In this document: positions 1-15,064 of the stretch, in pieces
Position numbering within the stretch: position 1 is the first letter of the stretch
Layout: each line of letters begins with the position of its first letter
Source: Minutocellus sp. GHC0000111
Lineage: Eukaryota
NCBI GenBank assembly: GCA_977018835.1
Contig: OZ361258.1
Span: 1,922,001-1,986,000, forward strand
Length of the DNA: 64,000 nt
Direction: 5' to 3'
Translations under genes and position numbers: made by a program
Notes under the pieces: generated by a model
What the model was told of the DNA's origin: nothing
The model's database searches: none
What the model saw: only the letters and a program-made list of their open reading frames with translations

Positions 1-526
1 GGCTCGGCCGCACAGTCCAAGGAAGCTTCCCCTTCGCTGCGCCTGTGACATGGGTGACTGGGGTGCGTTCTCGTACCTGGTGTCGAAGGAAGCTGAACTG
101 GGCGTGGATCCGTGGCTTGTATGTCGCCGCAACGGCGCGGACTTTCTCCAGGCTCTGCTCAATCACCCCTCCTTCCCCATTGACTGGGTTGATGAAAAAG
201 GCAGGACGCTAATGCAGCGGTCGCTTCGGGAGATGGAGAGCAGTCTGCGGTTTGAAGCTGGCGAATCCAGACTTTCTGAAGAATATGATGACGAGGAGTT
301 TTATCTTGGCACCATTGTAAACCATGGCCAAGGTTACTTCCGTTGGTGCACTGCCGACTTCTTGGAGAAGCTCAGAATTCTCCTCGAGGTTGGAATGGAT
401 CCAAGTCTTGCGACTGAAATGCACGAGTCCCCTGCCGACTTTGTGAGAGCAAAACTGCCGGCAGGTCGAGATGAAGCCTTTTGGCAAACTGTTGGTCGAG
501 TTATGGAGGAGGGCCGCCACATGTAG
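1..526 (+). CDS. 3' part of an ankyrin-repeat-like protein (begins upstream of window)
   Basis: The frame is open from base 2. Ankyrin-like segments: LPLRCACDMGDWGAFSYLV, DWVDEKGRTLM, LRILLEVGMDPS...ESPADF. Confidence 0.55.
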   Translation, partial: ARPHSPRKLPLRCACDMGDWGAFSYLVSKEAELGVDPWLVCRRNGADFLQALLNHPSFPIDWVDEKGRTLMQRSLREMESSLRFEAGESRLSEEYDDEEFYLGTIVNHGQGYFRWCTADFLEKLRILLEVGMDPSLATEMHESPADFVRAKLPAGRDEAFWQTVGRVMEEGRHM

Positions 527-746
527 ACCTACATGTGCAAGATGTTTGGGCAGATCCTGTGATTGCAGAAAGTAGCCTTCACATACTAGTAAACATCTAC
601 TAGCCAGTCGAAAGAACCGGGTTATAGGATCAGAGCACCATTTTATGCTATTGCTCTTTGATTACTCTTTCCCTCCATTACTACGTAGCAAGCCCCTCCA
701 CATTAATTTACCGGCAGCCCTGCAGCTTTCCATTCCCATTTCCACC

Positions 747-3662
747 CTACGCATCCCGAATCTTCTGCCAACTACCGAATTCCTTCCGGACAAGCTCAAG
801 GACATCCGGGACGTCATGGAGAGTTCTCAGGAACCGCTCGAGCTTGAGCAGCTCCCGATCAGACGGATCATCGAACCAGCTCTCAATGGGGATGCCGTTA
901 TCGACCTGATACCCAAAGGCATGAGGGCTGTTATCGACCAGGACCATCTTCTTCATATCGCGCTGGCAGACGTTGAGATCCTTGAGGTAGTTGCCCTCCA
1001 CGGCCAGGCAGGCCTCGCGGAACATCCGATGCTTGATGTACTTGCGATCCGGATCAATGCGATCCAGCAGCTCATCGGCATATACCTGCTGACTAGCCGT
1101 AAAGACGATGACCTCGAACTTGCCATGAACTCGCTGGAGGAATTCCTCCAGATACGGACGCTTGCGAACATTGACGCTGTACTCAACGCCATTGAACACG
1201 ACGGGAAATACCATGTCGGCATCGGGGATCGGTTCGACTGTGCAGTGGACCAGAGTCTCGTCGAGGTCCAAAACCAAAGCGATGGGAGGATCAGTCTTGT
1301 CCTTGGGTGGGAGACAAATCTTGTGCTGAGGATAAGGCACCACCAAATGGTACGATGGAAGACTCTTGATGAACAGATAGGGATTGAATTCCTCCTCGTC
1401 GTCTTCCTCGTATTCTTGACTGTCGTCATCAACCTCAATATCCGCACTTTCCTCGGCATCGACCTCTTCCTCGTCGGTACCATTCAGAGTCGCCGAAATC
1501 TTGGCATCCACGTCAACGTCGGTGACGGAAGAGTCGAACGAGTACTCCTGGACGACAGCATCGTGGCCGTTGGGTGAGCTACGATTGTACGTCGTGGTGG
1601 TAGTTGTGGTCGTCTCCTCGTGCATGTGGACGTGGTAGGATTGAGACCTGAAGATAGAAAGATGAACAAGAACAATATGTGAGATCAGTGGCCAACAATG
1701 ATAGAATCCAATAAATAAAACAAAGATATAGGTTGTCAGATAACTCACCCGTCAACGTCCTCCATTGCCACATCGCCATCGGCATCGACACCCTCCTCGG
1801 CGGTGGCATAACCAGACTCGTCATTGGTATCCTCGGCGTCGTCGTTCCTTGCAGCAGCTGCAGGGACCGCATCATTTAGATGGACCAGACCCTCCACCGC
1901 TGCGGCCTCGGCGTCCAGATCAGCACCGACGCCTCCCACGCCTAAGCCGGCACCTTGCGCCTCTTCTTGTTCAACGGCCACATCCGCCGCGTGCTGACCA
2001 GCAGCAGCACCGCCATCCTCATCTCCTTCCTCCTTGGTACCGCCCAGAAAATTCATGACGGGAGAAAATATGTTGGATATCTTCCACTGGCCGTCGGGTC
2101 CCATCTCCCTCTGTTCATCTCCACCGTCATGCGCGTGATGATGGTGGGTATCGGGAGAATGAGCCTTCATGGGCTTGGCGGGATGCATGGGACTCATGGG
2201 AAGACCGGGAGTCGGCGGGGCGATTGCAGTATCGTCCACACAGGCCGACTTGGCCATGGGAGAGGAGAGGTTGACGGGAGTAGCTACGCGACCATCGGGC
2301 GAGGAGTCAGCGGCGGCCAGGACTGTGGTACGGTTACGGTTGGGCATGGGACTGGCAAATCCATTGCCAACAGTGGTGTCATTGTCACCACTGCCGACAA
2401 TCTTCTTGCCGAGAGCATCGCCATCATCACCATTCTCCTTGAGGCTGTCTGTCGAAGTAGAAGTTGAGCTCTTGGAACTGGCCGAACCCTCCGGCTCGGC
2501 GGATGCATTGGAAACGCCCCCGCCAGTGGGTGGAGTCATAATACCAGTGCCGAGGGATACAGACGTGGATCTTGTCGTCGTGGTAGTTGTAGTGACTGTG
2601 GCCGTGGTGGTCGTTTCGCCAAGGTTGCGGGTTGAGTTGGGACCGGGACCTATTATTGTGGGATATTAAATTTGGTGGGAAATGATGAGCGAAGTGAGTG
2701 TGACGAATGGCCTCCGACTTAGTAGGTATAAAACAAATCAGCCTCGTGCGTCAAAACAAGGGCATTATCATGTTCCGTTTCCATACATAGATTGACCGGG
2801 GCTCGTGGCCTTAGTGCTTTACCCAGCCGATTGTCCAACTGATCGGAAATCTTGCTGTGATATCCCAACACACCCGATCACGCCACCGTTTGCTCCCACG
2901 ATCCGAGCGAAGATACCACTGCCACGAGCATACCCGAAGCAGTCGACCAATCCCCATTCTTTTCAATGCCACATGCTGTCACATGCTTCTATTCAAACTC
3001 ATCATCCTCACAGGTACACATCCATGACATGACCATCCCTCCATAAAAAGATCAGAGGGGAAAATTTTTTTAAAATTCAAAATATCCACGGACTTACCAA
3101 CCCTCTGCTTCCCCCCGGCACCTTGGTGGACCATGGTCTTGGAGGTCGAACGGCATCCGCCCAAACTGGCTCTGGGGCGTTTGATGCTGGCAATCGGCGT
3201 GGACGTGTTGTGACTGGGCGTAAACTTGGGCGTCTTGGGCTGTTGCTGTGCCCCTCCTCCAGCGGCTGGCGTGTTGGCGGCCGACGACGAGGCCGAGATG
3301 GATACAGCCGGAGTGCTGGCTGCGGAAGAAGACGCCCGCCGGCTCGGAGGCAATCCAGTTCCGGGAGTTCTCGAGGGAGTCTTGCTAGTACCGGCCGGCG
3401 TCCTCGAGGGGGTCTTGCCTCCTGCCGAACTGTTCTTGGGCGTGTTGTACGCTCCGGCAATCAGTCCTCCGGCCACGGGCGTTAGGCCACCTCCGCTGTT
3501 ATTATTATTTCCTGCCGATTTTCCGCCACCCGCAGGGACGGGAGTTCGGACGTTGCCGGCAGAATCATCGGCCGGACTGCCGAATGAGACGGCCGATTCC
3601 GACCGTCTCGGAGGTGCCGCCGTGCCGGAATCCTGTCCTAATTTGTCACCGTTGCACGCCAT
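747..3662 (-). CDS. CTD small phosphatase-like protein (SCP/FCP1/NIF HAD phosphatase, CTDSPL2-like), 3 exons
   Basis: Motifs LVLDLDETLVH, RPYLEEFL, VFTAS, KDLN..RD..LVDNSP..QVDNGIPI.SW. Exons 3662-3098, 2649-1749 and 1647-747 join in frame across GT-AG introns 3097-2650 and 1748-1648. The N-terminus is long and S/T/P-rich low complexity. Confidence 0.9.
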
Positions 3663-5088
3663 GATGATATTATCGGTTGCTTCTGCACTGCGCACTGCTT
3701 GGCGAACCGATATTTAGCTAGCAATAACCTTCTGTTAGATCTTGCCTCAAGCTGCTCTCTGGTATCTGGCTAGCTGGTATCTATCGGATGAAGGACCCAA
3801 ACCAAAACCAAACGACCAAATAATAAAAAGCCCGCTCTCCAATGTCGGCAAAATAATTCGCAACTCGCTTCGTTGACAAGTCAAAGGAAGTTTCAAAATG
3901 GATGGATACCGCCGAGGTATGTACAAATCAGTCAAGGAGAATCGGTCCTATCCACGGTTGTTGATATCTGCCTTCAGTGGGTATCTGCCATGGGTATCTC
4001 GTAATCAACAACTCAATCAGCACGCGACGAATGCCATTGTTCTGGCATCATCAAACAAATGACGGGCCGGCCGGCGTTTTGCCGTTGGTTTAGTATTTGA
4101 AAAAAAGAAAAAAAAACGATAAAAGATTGTAAGAGAAAGCTGCAAAGTTTCGCGCGATCTGTTGAACGTCGTGAACATGGCTGACACGTGAGAGATGGCC
4201 GTCGATGGCTAAAGATACGCTTGCGATTTGCGAGCGCGCAAAACTAGCTGATACGGCCGACATATTTATTCTCAGAGCAAGCACGGTCGGTTTCATCATT
4301 CTCTTAATTTGTAGTCCATGCCATCATCGTCTCATCTCCGCAAGGCAGCCGCCGTGTTCTGCCACTTCGAACTTCCGTCGAGTGTCACTTCGCTGCTTTC
4401 CATCCATCGAAAAATCAAAGCAGGCCCGATCTGGCTCACGGGAAGTACTAAATTGCCGGTAGCATCAGCAGGAACTTGATCGTCTGAATTTTCTTCCAGC
4501 AAGAGAGCTGGTGGTAAAATTCGATCTGCATCAGAAGTGGCGACACATTGCTACATCTGCCCTTCTCGTTGAGAGTCGGGATGTAGCCTGCAAAAGTAGA
4601 TGTTGATCGATTCGCATCCATATATGGCCCAGCCGCAAATAAAGATCCTCCAGACGTGTCCCCACATACATTCCATTGACTTCTGGCAAGCCAACCAAAT
4701 TATTGGAGGCTGTTGTCCCTCCCACATTTTTGGTTCTCTTTTCTGAAGATTTTGGCTGCATTTATCGTTGTTGGCGTGCCTATCTTGGAGCGTGAACGAA
4801 AGTGATTTTCTAAGGAATTTCGAGTCCGTGGACATGCTCACCGGACTTGTCATTGAGTGGAGATATCATTGTTATATTTTGGCTTGAAATGCATGCAAAT
4901 TGGGCACACAAACGAATTTCACGTGTTGGTTGGCTGCTACCGGCACAATTTTCCCATCTCTAGCAGCACCACCACCTCTCTCTCTCCTTATGAAATGCAA
5001 CGAACTTCCGTATATTACACACATGTAATCATAACAAATAGGGTGGACTATGTGAAATTTTTCCCTATGTAAATTATGTATGTAAAAC

Positions 5089-6468
5089 CTAGTAGTTGAT
5101 GAATGGGATGAGTGCATCATCCGCTTCATCGCAATTCAGCGAGGGACACGCCGAAACATCATCCATGGCTTCATTGCTGGGTGCCAGTGCCCCACCCGTG
5201 GCGCCAACGGGGGGCAAACTCTCAAAAAAGTTTGGCAACTCCGGAACGCTGAGGTCGTTCTCGGCCCCGGCCCACGGGAGGAAAGCATTGCCGGCATCGC
5301 CGGCAAATGGAGACAGAGGAGGATGCTCACCGTGGTCCTCCAGCGTGATGAGCTTGGGAGGGGCGGTGGTTGCGGTGCCGCCGGCCACACCGCCCACTTC
5401 CGCGGGAAGGTCTGAGATGCAATCCCAGTCCATCCCGAGAGTGCCGGTCGCTGCGGGTGGCTTGGCGATGGGCTTGGTACCGGTGGCAGTGCGGAGGGCG
5501 AAGGCAGCGGCGTGGTGAGCGACGGCCGATGGGACGAGGTTCTTGTCGATGGCAGCCTTGCCGACGAAGACGGCGGCAGTGGCCGTGGACGCATCGGAGT
5601 TGCGACGATGGCCCAACTCGGGGATGGACTTGGTCTTCGTGCTCGCAGCGGTAGCGGTAGCGGTAGCAGTAGCAGCGGGAGTGGTACCGGCAGCAGTGAC
5701 CGTGACTGTGGCGGTAGCGGTAGCAGGAGCAGCAGTGGCAGAACAAGGAGGTGTAGCGGCAGGAACCTTGCCACTCTTGACGGCAGCTGACCCCGTGTCA
5801 GCTACGGTCGTGGGCGAAGGGCGGGGGCTTGCCTTCTTCTTCTTCTTGGGGGGAACGGGACGGGCCGATGGTGGTGCCGGCTGCATCGGCGTCCTGCTGC
5901 GGATGAACGGAGAGGGTGGAGGAAGCACAACGAGCTCGACCTTGGGGGGGATGCCCAACACATTCCTGATGGCCGACCACACAGCAATCACCTTCGCTGG
6001 ATTCGGGGAAACGTTGAAGAGGAGTTTCTTCTCGTATGTGGTGTAGCCACGATCACGCCACCCGGTTGTGGGTTTCTTGTACTGGTACCCGTATTTAGTG
6101 AGCTTCTCGACAAAGGTGCTGGCCTGCTGCTTGGGGAAGCGCTTGATGATCCCGCGCTCTTTCAACTTCCAATTTTCCGATTTGTCAAGCTTCTCATTGT
6201 ACTCCCTGAAGAGCGTAACGAACCTTTCGAGATCTTTGAATACCAGCGGACTAAACTGATGCTGCTGGTCCTCGGAGGCGGTGGCGACGGAGAAAATTTT
6301 TGGCTTGTGTGAGCCGGTGTGATGCTCTAGCAAGTTCTTTGCGAACGGCGTGCCTTCAATGACTTCCGTGGATATGAAGCAACAACACGCAGCGAAGATA
6401 CAAATAAAGTCATCATCACTGGTGGCTGGCTTCTTGGGAGCATTCTTCTTGCTTGCGCGATCCGTCAT
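5089..6468 (-). CDS. Hypothetical protein with possible divergent HSF-like winged-helix segment and A/T/P-rich tail
   Basis: 459-codon ORF from ATG 6468. IIKRFPKQQASTFVEKLTKYGYQ resembles the HSF recognition helix. It has a PPKKKKK NLS-like stretch and an acidic C-terminus. Confidence 0.5.
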   Translation of the reverse strand: MTDRASKKNAPKKPATSDDDFICIFAACCCFISTEVIEGTPFAKNLLEHHTGSHKPKIFSVATASEDQQHQFSPLVFKDLERFVTLFREYNEKLDKSENWKLKERGIIKRFPKQQASTFVEKLTKYGYQYKKPTTGWRDRGYTTYEKKLLFNVSPNPAKVIAVWSAIRNVLGIPPKVELVVLPPPSPFIRSRTPMQPAPPSARPVPPKKKKKASPRPSPTTVADTGSAAVKSGKVPAATPPCSATAAPATATATVTVTAAGTTPAATATATATAASTKTKSIPELGHRRNSDASTATAAVFVGKAAIDKNLVPSAVAHHAAAFALRTATGTKPIAKPPAATGTLGMDWDCISDLPAEVGGVAGGTATTAPPKLITLEDHGEHPPLSPFAGDAGNAFLPWAGAENDLSVPELPNFFESLPPVGATGGALAPSNEAMDDVSACPSLNCDEADDALIPFINY

Positions 6469-6732
6469 GGTGCCGGCCGATGGGATTCCGGAGCGGAGGG
6501 CAAAAAAATGACACAAGTTCGCGCGAAAATGGCGAAAATTGCAGGCAAGGAATCCGCCAGCTGGCTGGCCGGACAAACTCCCATAATATGGTCTTTACGT
6601 CGGCCGACCTGACGTGTTTGCGGTTGCTGGCCGTCGAAATCTCAACCATGGCGGCATTCTTCGTCGGCTCCGCCAGTTGTTGCTGCAATTGCACTGCTCC
6701 TTCTGTTCGAATTATATAAAGAAACCTGTAGG

Positions 6733-9081
<2,349 letters not shown>

Positions 9082-9129
9082 TAGCTACACATTTTAATGA
9101 CACACACTAGCAAGCATGACTGTGCTGGA

Positions 9130-11250
9130 CATGCTGCGCGGAAAAATAATAAATTGTTAATGATCTCATGCTAAACCCTCGCATGTTGGCGAAGATGCAT
9201 CAAACACACCTTGAAGAGCGTTTTCACGCGGCGGAATGTGCAAAACCAGCTCACAGCACGTGTCAGGCGAGAGAACAGATGAAGAATGTGGGCATGGATC
9301 TCCATGCATGAGTAACTGTTTGCGGTTGGCATTGCTGGTTCTACTTTCTTCACTTCTCTCGTCTCTCATCGCCCGACTGTGTCAATCCTGTAAACGTCTA
9401 GATGTCTGTGTAGAAAATTGTCACACACGCACACCGGTTGCTGACACCGAAGGCTGGTGCTGGGCCGTGCAGGCTCTGGGGGCTGCGCTTGGCCGTGCAG
9501 GCTCTGGGGGCTGCGCAGACGACAACTGCGCACCAATGACGCAGATGCTCATTTTTGGCCCGTCGAGTCCGCAGCCAGGACAAGGCACGGAGTCAGTGGG
9601 CTGATGCACCTGCAATCCTGTGATCTAACTAACTGGACTCTCACAACCCAGAGTGAGGTGAACTCCCAGCCAGTTCTGCATGCGTGGAGAACTGAAAGAT
9701 GCAGGCAGGTGCTCTTCAGTTCACACAACAACTGAAAAGTGTGTGGGGCCACAGACCAGTCAAAAGACCACCAACAAGCAGAAGACACTTTCTTGAGAAC
9801 ACAAGAGCGCATCACTGCTACGTAGGCCTAGTGGCTATCGCTGAGAGAAAAGGAGGAAATTTTGCAAAAATAAGTAGAGTTTTGCGCTGCATTAGATGGC
9901 CCGGGCACCCCGATGAGATTAATGCGATCAGAAAATTATTTTTAAAGAAAAGCATGTCAAGGGTTGGTTGGAGGAAGGAGCTCTGACTTCAATTAGGAGC
10001 AAGCAGTGAGATTAAGCGATCAGAAAATTGTTTTTAAAGAAAAGCGTGTTAAGGGTTGTTGTTGGTTGGAGGAAGGAGCTCTGACTTTTCAGTTAGGAGG
10101 AGCGAGCAGGTGTGTAGAGACAAGGTCTCACAATTCTGCCAAGAGCTAACCTTGATTGAGCAAGCCAAGTCACAGGCCCACTTTTGATTGCCCCACTTCA
10201 CAGTGTGCTCAAGCAGTCACTGACAACCGACACACGGCGGCACCAGCGCAGCGGCAGATGGCTCTCCGCACGACTGCACTCAACAGTGTGTTAGCAATTA
10301 AAGCTATCAAAGAACACCACCATCATCAAAGGACAGGATCAAAGAAGAAAGAAAGACAGACATGAAGAACAGTTGTTCTCGAACAAAGAAGGCGTGGCAA
10401 CAGTTGCAATGCATGGGGACCCGGAACTAAGTCCGGCGAGGAAACATCTGGTAGAAGCGCAAACGCTTGTGCCCAACACCCGACCGAGGATGGGGCCACA
10501 GCAGGGGCGACCGAATGTCACTCCCCTCGACAATGTGGCTGCCATCATGGGCACCATCAGCATTCTTAGAGAATCTGAACGCCAGAAAATCAAAGGCTTG
10601 AGAAGAGCGAACCATTCCTTGGATGAACGACTCTTGGTAAAAGGACATCAGCGGGACCATCCTTGCCATCAATGTGAGCAAAGTTGATGATGCCAGAGGC
10701 CTGGGCTTCTCGGCACATGTGGTAGTTGAGAAGAAGGTGAGAGCGCTTCTGAAGCTTGCTTGCCACTGCGATCCATTAGAAACGTCTTCCCAAGAATGTC
10801 CAAAAGGTGATCTGAAACATCGAACATGTAATCCGATTGGATCAAGCAGTTCCAAGACAACTCTGACGAAGCGAGGGTCTGGGGAAGCGACCTCTCCTCG
10901 GCGGTCTCAGCTTCGGTGATGCCGCCAGCGCCGTTGGCCTCGATGGGCTCGCCCACATTCTGCTCTGCCTCCTCGTCATCACGATTCACACGAGTGGACC
11001 GGAATTGTTGTCAACGACCTCTCCCCCAACAAAGGAAGAAGGTTCAGGAAGTGGTTGGGCAGACAGTTTAGCATGATGAAGCAAGAAGGGGGGCAGAAGT
11101 GGGATGGAGGGTTTTCTGACGCTTGGCTTCAACCATGTTGGCCTGACGAGAGGCACTGATCTTTTCCATCTCGACGGGAAGGGGTTTTCCCCCCAAAATG
11201 ACCGCAAAAGCAATTTCCCCACGGGAATCTGGGAAATTCCCGGGGAAATT
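9130..11250. other. Degenerate, TpA-poor repeat-derived region
   Basis: No long ORF. Local duplications at 9462-9516 and 9914-10087. A ~60-bp segment (9884-9945) is shared in inverted orientation with 47735-47795. CA/TG-rich texture. Confidence 0.55.
9914..10087. repeat. Imperfect direct duplication (~76-80 bp unit)
   Basis: TGAGATTAA(T)GCGATCAGAAAATT(A/G)TTTTTAAAGAAAAGC...GGTTGGAGGAAGGAGCTCTGACTT occurs at 9914 and at 10007. Confidence 0.9.
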
Positions 11251-13881
11251 CAAACTAACTAAGAAGCTCTGTCAACAACATGGATGGGAAAAAGAGCACG
11301 CCTCGCCAAAATCGACTAAAATAAGCGACTGACATGTGAATATTCGTCGACCTATAAAATTGCAACTAAAAAAACACACGACCTCTTATTGCTAGATTGG
11401 CCACGCCCACCCTCCAAGTGGCGACGTAGTGGCATGCCTTAGAGGGCGCCCGGGCCCAGCATGGTCTGAAAGATGCGAGCGAAGCGAGAAATTTCAGTTC
11501 CATTTGAGATGCGACTGATGGTCTGCACGCAAATGAATCAAACGTCAAACGTCATGGCCGAAAGTTCCGTTGCTTGACTTGCGTTGCATGTACTTCTCTT
11601 GCTCATATTCTGTTTGGCAAATGCGATCACAATGGAAAGATGGTGGGGGGACATCCGTGCTACCACGCGTAGCTATACAGCGGATTACGAACTCTGAGTT
11701 TTTGCGGCGAAAAAGTTTCTTGGGAGGGCAGGCCCTCTTGTCCCAATGCTTCCGCGCGTCGGACCTCGTGTTGTTGTAAATGCCAACGGTAACAAGCGGA
11801 TGCAACCGTCAAACTCAATCTACGCTTATCATTCAACAAGATACTCTCCAAAGATCAAGTTATGTGCCACTAACACAGATTATTCCCAATCGAGTTGATG
11901 GTTCAAGGGGGAGAACGTGTTGATGGAGTGCGCCGTAGATTTCCTACCTCTTGCTACGCACCAGAAGAAATTCCTACCAATTGGTACATGTCTGCCCAAC
12001 TTTTACTGATGTAAAACTCAAGGGCACAGATTTGAATTCCAAATCAGTATGGATGATGTATGGAAAGACTGCATTCCTCGTGCTGCATCTGATTTTACAT
12101 TCATTCGCTGCCAAGGCGCTTCCATCTGCCTTCCGCATTCGAATTGTTTTTGTTGATTTGATGTGGCCGGCAAACATGCTCTATGCCCCCCGCATGGCTC
12201 TCCCAGCTGGATCATACTCTCCATCTCGGCTACTCCGATAGAATATAAAACATGCTGGAACCATCAGGCAGGACTACCAGAAAGGCGGCGCAATCTACTA
12301 GTATGCCTCAGTGTAATCATCAGCGACTTGATGTTCTTTTGGAAATCCAAACACAATGACAAATAGAATATAAAACGTAGGGATTTATGTAACTGAAACA
12401 TGTATTTGCGTTTTGCATCGCTCTCAATCAACTACTCCGTTTCTAATTTCCCATCACTGCTGTTCTTGACCTTTTGGCCTTATCGCCATCATCGGCACTT
12501 TGGCTTTAGAGTTCACAGCACTTCTTATCCTGTGACCGTTCCTACCCATCATATTTATTTGAATAAACAGCCAATCATCATTGCATGCCATCTAAAGAGC
12601 ACCGAGCTGTTCCAAATTATCGAGTACCTAGTCCGTCTCTTGTTGCTCGGCAACTTCTTTAACACGAATCCTACCATCGTCCCGAATAGAAATGATGAGG
12701 TGAAGAAAATCGACAGGACTTGATGGCTCAGAGGTTCAAGGAGACCAAAAAGGAGAGAATCTTTGAATTCTTCCACACACATTCTTGCGTCCACTTGCCA
12801 AAATACTGGACATCCTCCCCGATCCTCCTTATGTATTCAGCCGTGTTTTTGCTGCCGATGTCATCAGTGTTGGCCGAGGTTGTTGAAGTCAAACAACACA
12901 ATTCCCCGGCTCACGAACATGTATCATAAAGCTCCACAGCTTGGTATCTCGCATAGAAACGCCCTTGAAATGCACATAACTCATGGTCACAAATAGCTGT
13001 CGCGAAAAGCATCGGGCCGTGTGAGCCGGGACGGTCAGCATGCCATGTAGTCCCTCACAATGCTTGGCCAATTGACGGACTCGACACACTGGTAGCCTTG
13101 AACAATCTGCAATCCATGTGCTACTTTGCCCACCTCCATTTGCTATCATCTGCAAATTCCATCATGGAATGGATTCGGGTATTTTTTACGCAATGCATTT
13201 CTGCCATCCATGTGCATCTGAATGACATGACCGTGCTGGCGCTGAAAGATTTGGTAATTGGGTTACACATTATGTGACACCCTCATGCATATTTACCACA
13301 ATGTGGTAAGGAAGGAAAATAAATCATTGCAATATAACTTGTATATCTAAATAAAGTTATTGCTCAATATACACATCTAAACTAAATGCCCAGGCGTTTG
13401 CCAATCCTTCCAGTCTGGACGAAAGATGGAGGCACCTTGCTCGGCCTGCGATTTTCAGCAGTGCTGGAGCGAAGGATAAGGGGAAGACTTGCGGTGGGGA
13501 TCGGTAGTGACGATGGGCTTGGGCGAAGAAATAGCCGGCAAGGAAGCGCTCGTAGACTCTAAAAATGCACCCCTACTTTTGAAGAATGTACTTGTACTTG
13601 GCATTTGACTGGCTTTATCTCTCTCTCTCTCTCTGTGATTCAAAAAGGAAATAGCGCGAAAAAAGAAGGAAAACGCCATTGAAAAAGGTTAGCGATGACG
13701 ATATGGTTGATATGATGTGTGCCGATGCGGATGATATGTGCGATATGGAACTATAAAACCAATAAGTCATTCGAAAATATGTGAAACACAAATCAGTTTG
13801 GAATTATGCCGCACTTACCAAAACACAAACATGTGTAAACCGACGATGGACTCATCGGTGCGTGGCCACCGACTGGCACGC

Positions 13882-14758
13882 CTACTTCTTGCCATCCTGC
13901 CACTCCTTGCGAATGGTCATGAAGAAGGAGAAGGCGAGGAAGCAGGCAAAAATGATCGAGTTGGTGACAAGTCCGAGATTGCCGAAAAAAGAAAATGTAC
14001 GACACAGTCTCGGTCACGAAAAGAAGGACGAGAAGGCCAATCATGCAAGGGCCGATCTATCCAAAACCTTTGGCGCAGCCAAGAACGGAGCGTCCAACGA
14101 CCTCGGCCCAGTTGCTAAGCTCGATGTGATTGGGGGCAAGGGAAGCATCACTCGTCATCTCGGTGCTCTCGCTGGCGCTGCTGGTGCCGTCGCCGTGGAT
14201 GTTGGAAGGATGAGGGCCAGCTCCCTCCATCTGTCCACGCAGGCCGGCGATGCCGGTACGAGGGCCAGGGGAGGCACCTTGGGGAAGACAAAGACGGGAG
14301 GTACCTTGGGGGCGAGGTGGGACTTGGGGGGCAGCAGAGGCGGGGGCGGCGGGAGGGGTGGGAGCAGAAGGGGCGGGAGGAGCAGAGGTGGGAGCGGCGG
14401 GAGGGGAAGCATTGCCAGTCAACTCCGCAATTTGGGCGTCCAAGGTGGCATCGATCCTGGCTTTTTCGGGGTCAGGAACGACACCAACGATAGCATCATA
14501 AAGAGTAGGGAACATGGCGCGAAAGTAGACGAAGTCAGGCATAAACTTCTCGTCGGTGCGGAGTTTTTCCCAAACCTCTTCGAGGATCTTGCATTTGTCT
14601 TCCTTGGTCTTGCCTTTTCCGAGTTCCTTGAGGATGGAAGCAGCATAGCGTTTCAAGTAAGCGGTTATGTGCTCGGGAACGATAAGCTTGCCCTGGGAAT
14701 CACCCACGGCCTGAGGAGCATCGGCAGAAGGACTTTTAGGTAGCGATGGACGCGACAT
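13882..14758 (-). pseudogene. Hypothetical protein with C-terminal transmembrane helices, interrupted by a stop and a frameshift
   Basis: The 233-aa ORF ends at TAG 14057-14059. Hydrophobic sequence continues in frame (IGPCMIGLLVLLFVTETVSYIFF) and, after a shift in a T-run near 13985, as GLVTNSIIFACFLAFSFFMTIRKEWQDGKK*. Confidence 0.45.
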
Positions 14759-15064
14759 GACGGCAGTAGTGTCGGTGTTCGGCAGGTGATTTGACTTGGA
14801 TGTGTTATTTTGTGATGATCGCCAGCAATGCGATCTGGCGCCGCGCGATCTGGCTTGTGCGGCAAAATGCGAGGCAGCCCCTCAATATTAAGTTCCGGGA
14901 AATAGATCTGGAATCCTACTAGTGATTAGTTAGGACAAATCTAAAAAAGGGGGCAGAGCGCTCGAGTTGCAATTTGGCTTGCAATTTGCGCTTGCGATTG
15001 CAGCACATCACACCTCACATCTCGATTATCGTATCTCTCGCCTGTAATCATAACCAGCACCATC

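Noticed and set aside
645..1577. Long antisense ORFs (also 13781-14743, 36670-37725, 58673-59884 and many shorter ones)
   Set aside because: They are shadow frames opposite recognisable genes in GC-rich coding DNA.
4020..6680. Possible degenerate inverted repeats around the 5089-6468 ORF
   Set aside because: Only short scattered matches (TTTCGCGCG, CGACGAA..TGCC) with no TSD; they could equally be promoter motifs.
11500..13400. Possible decayed retroelement or gene
   Set aside because: Only short ORFs with no recognisable RT, integrase or other motif; no call can be supported.
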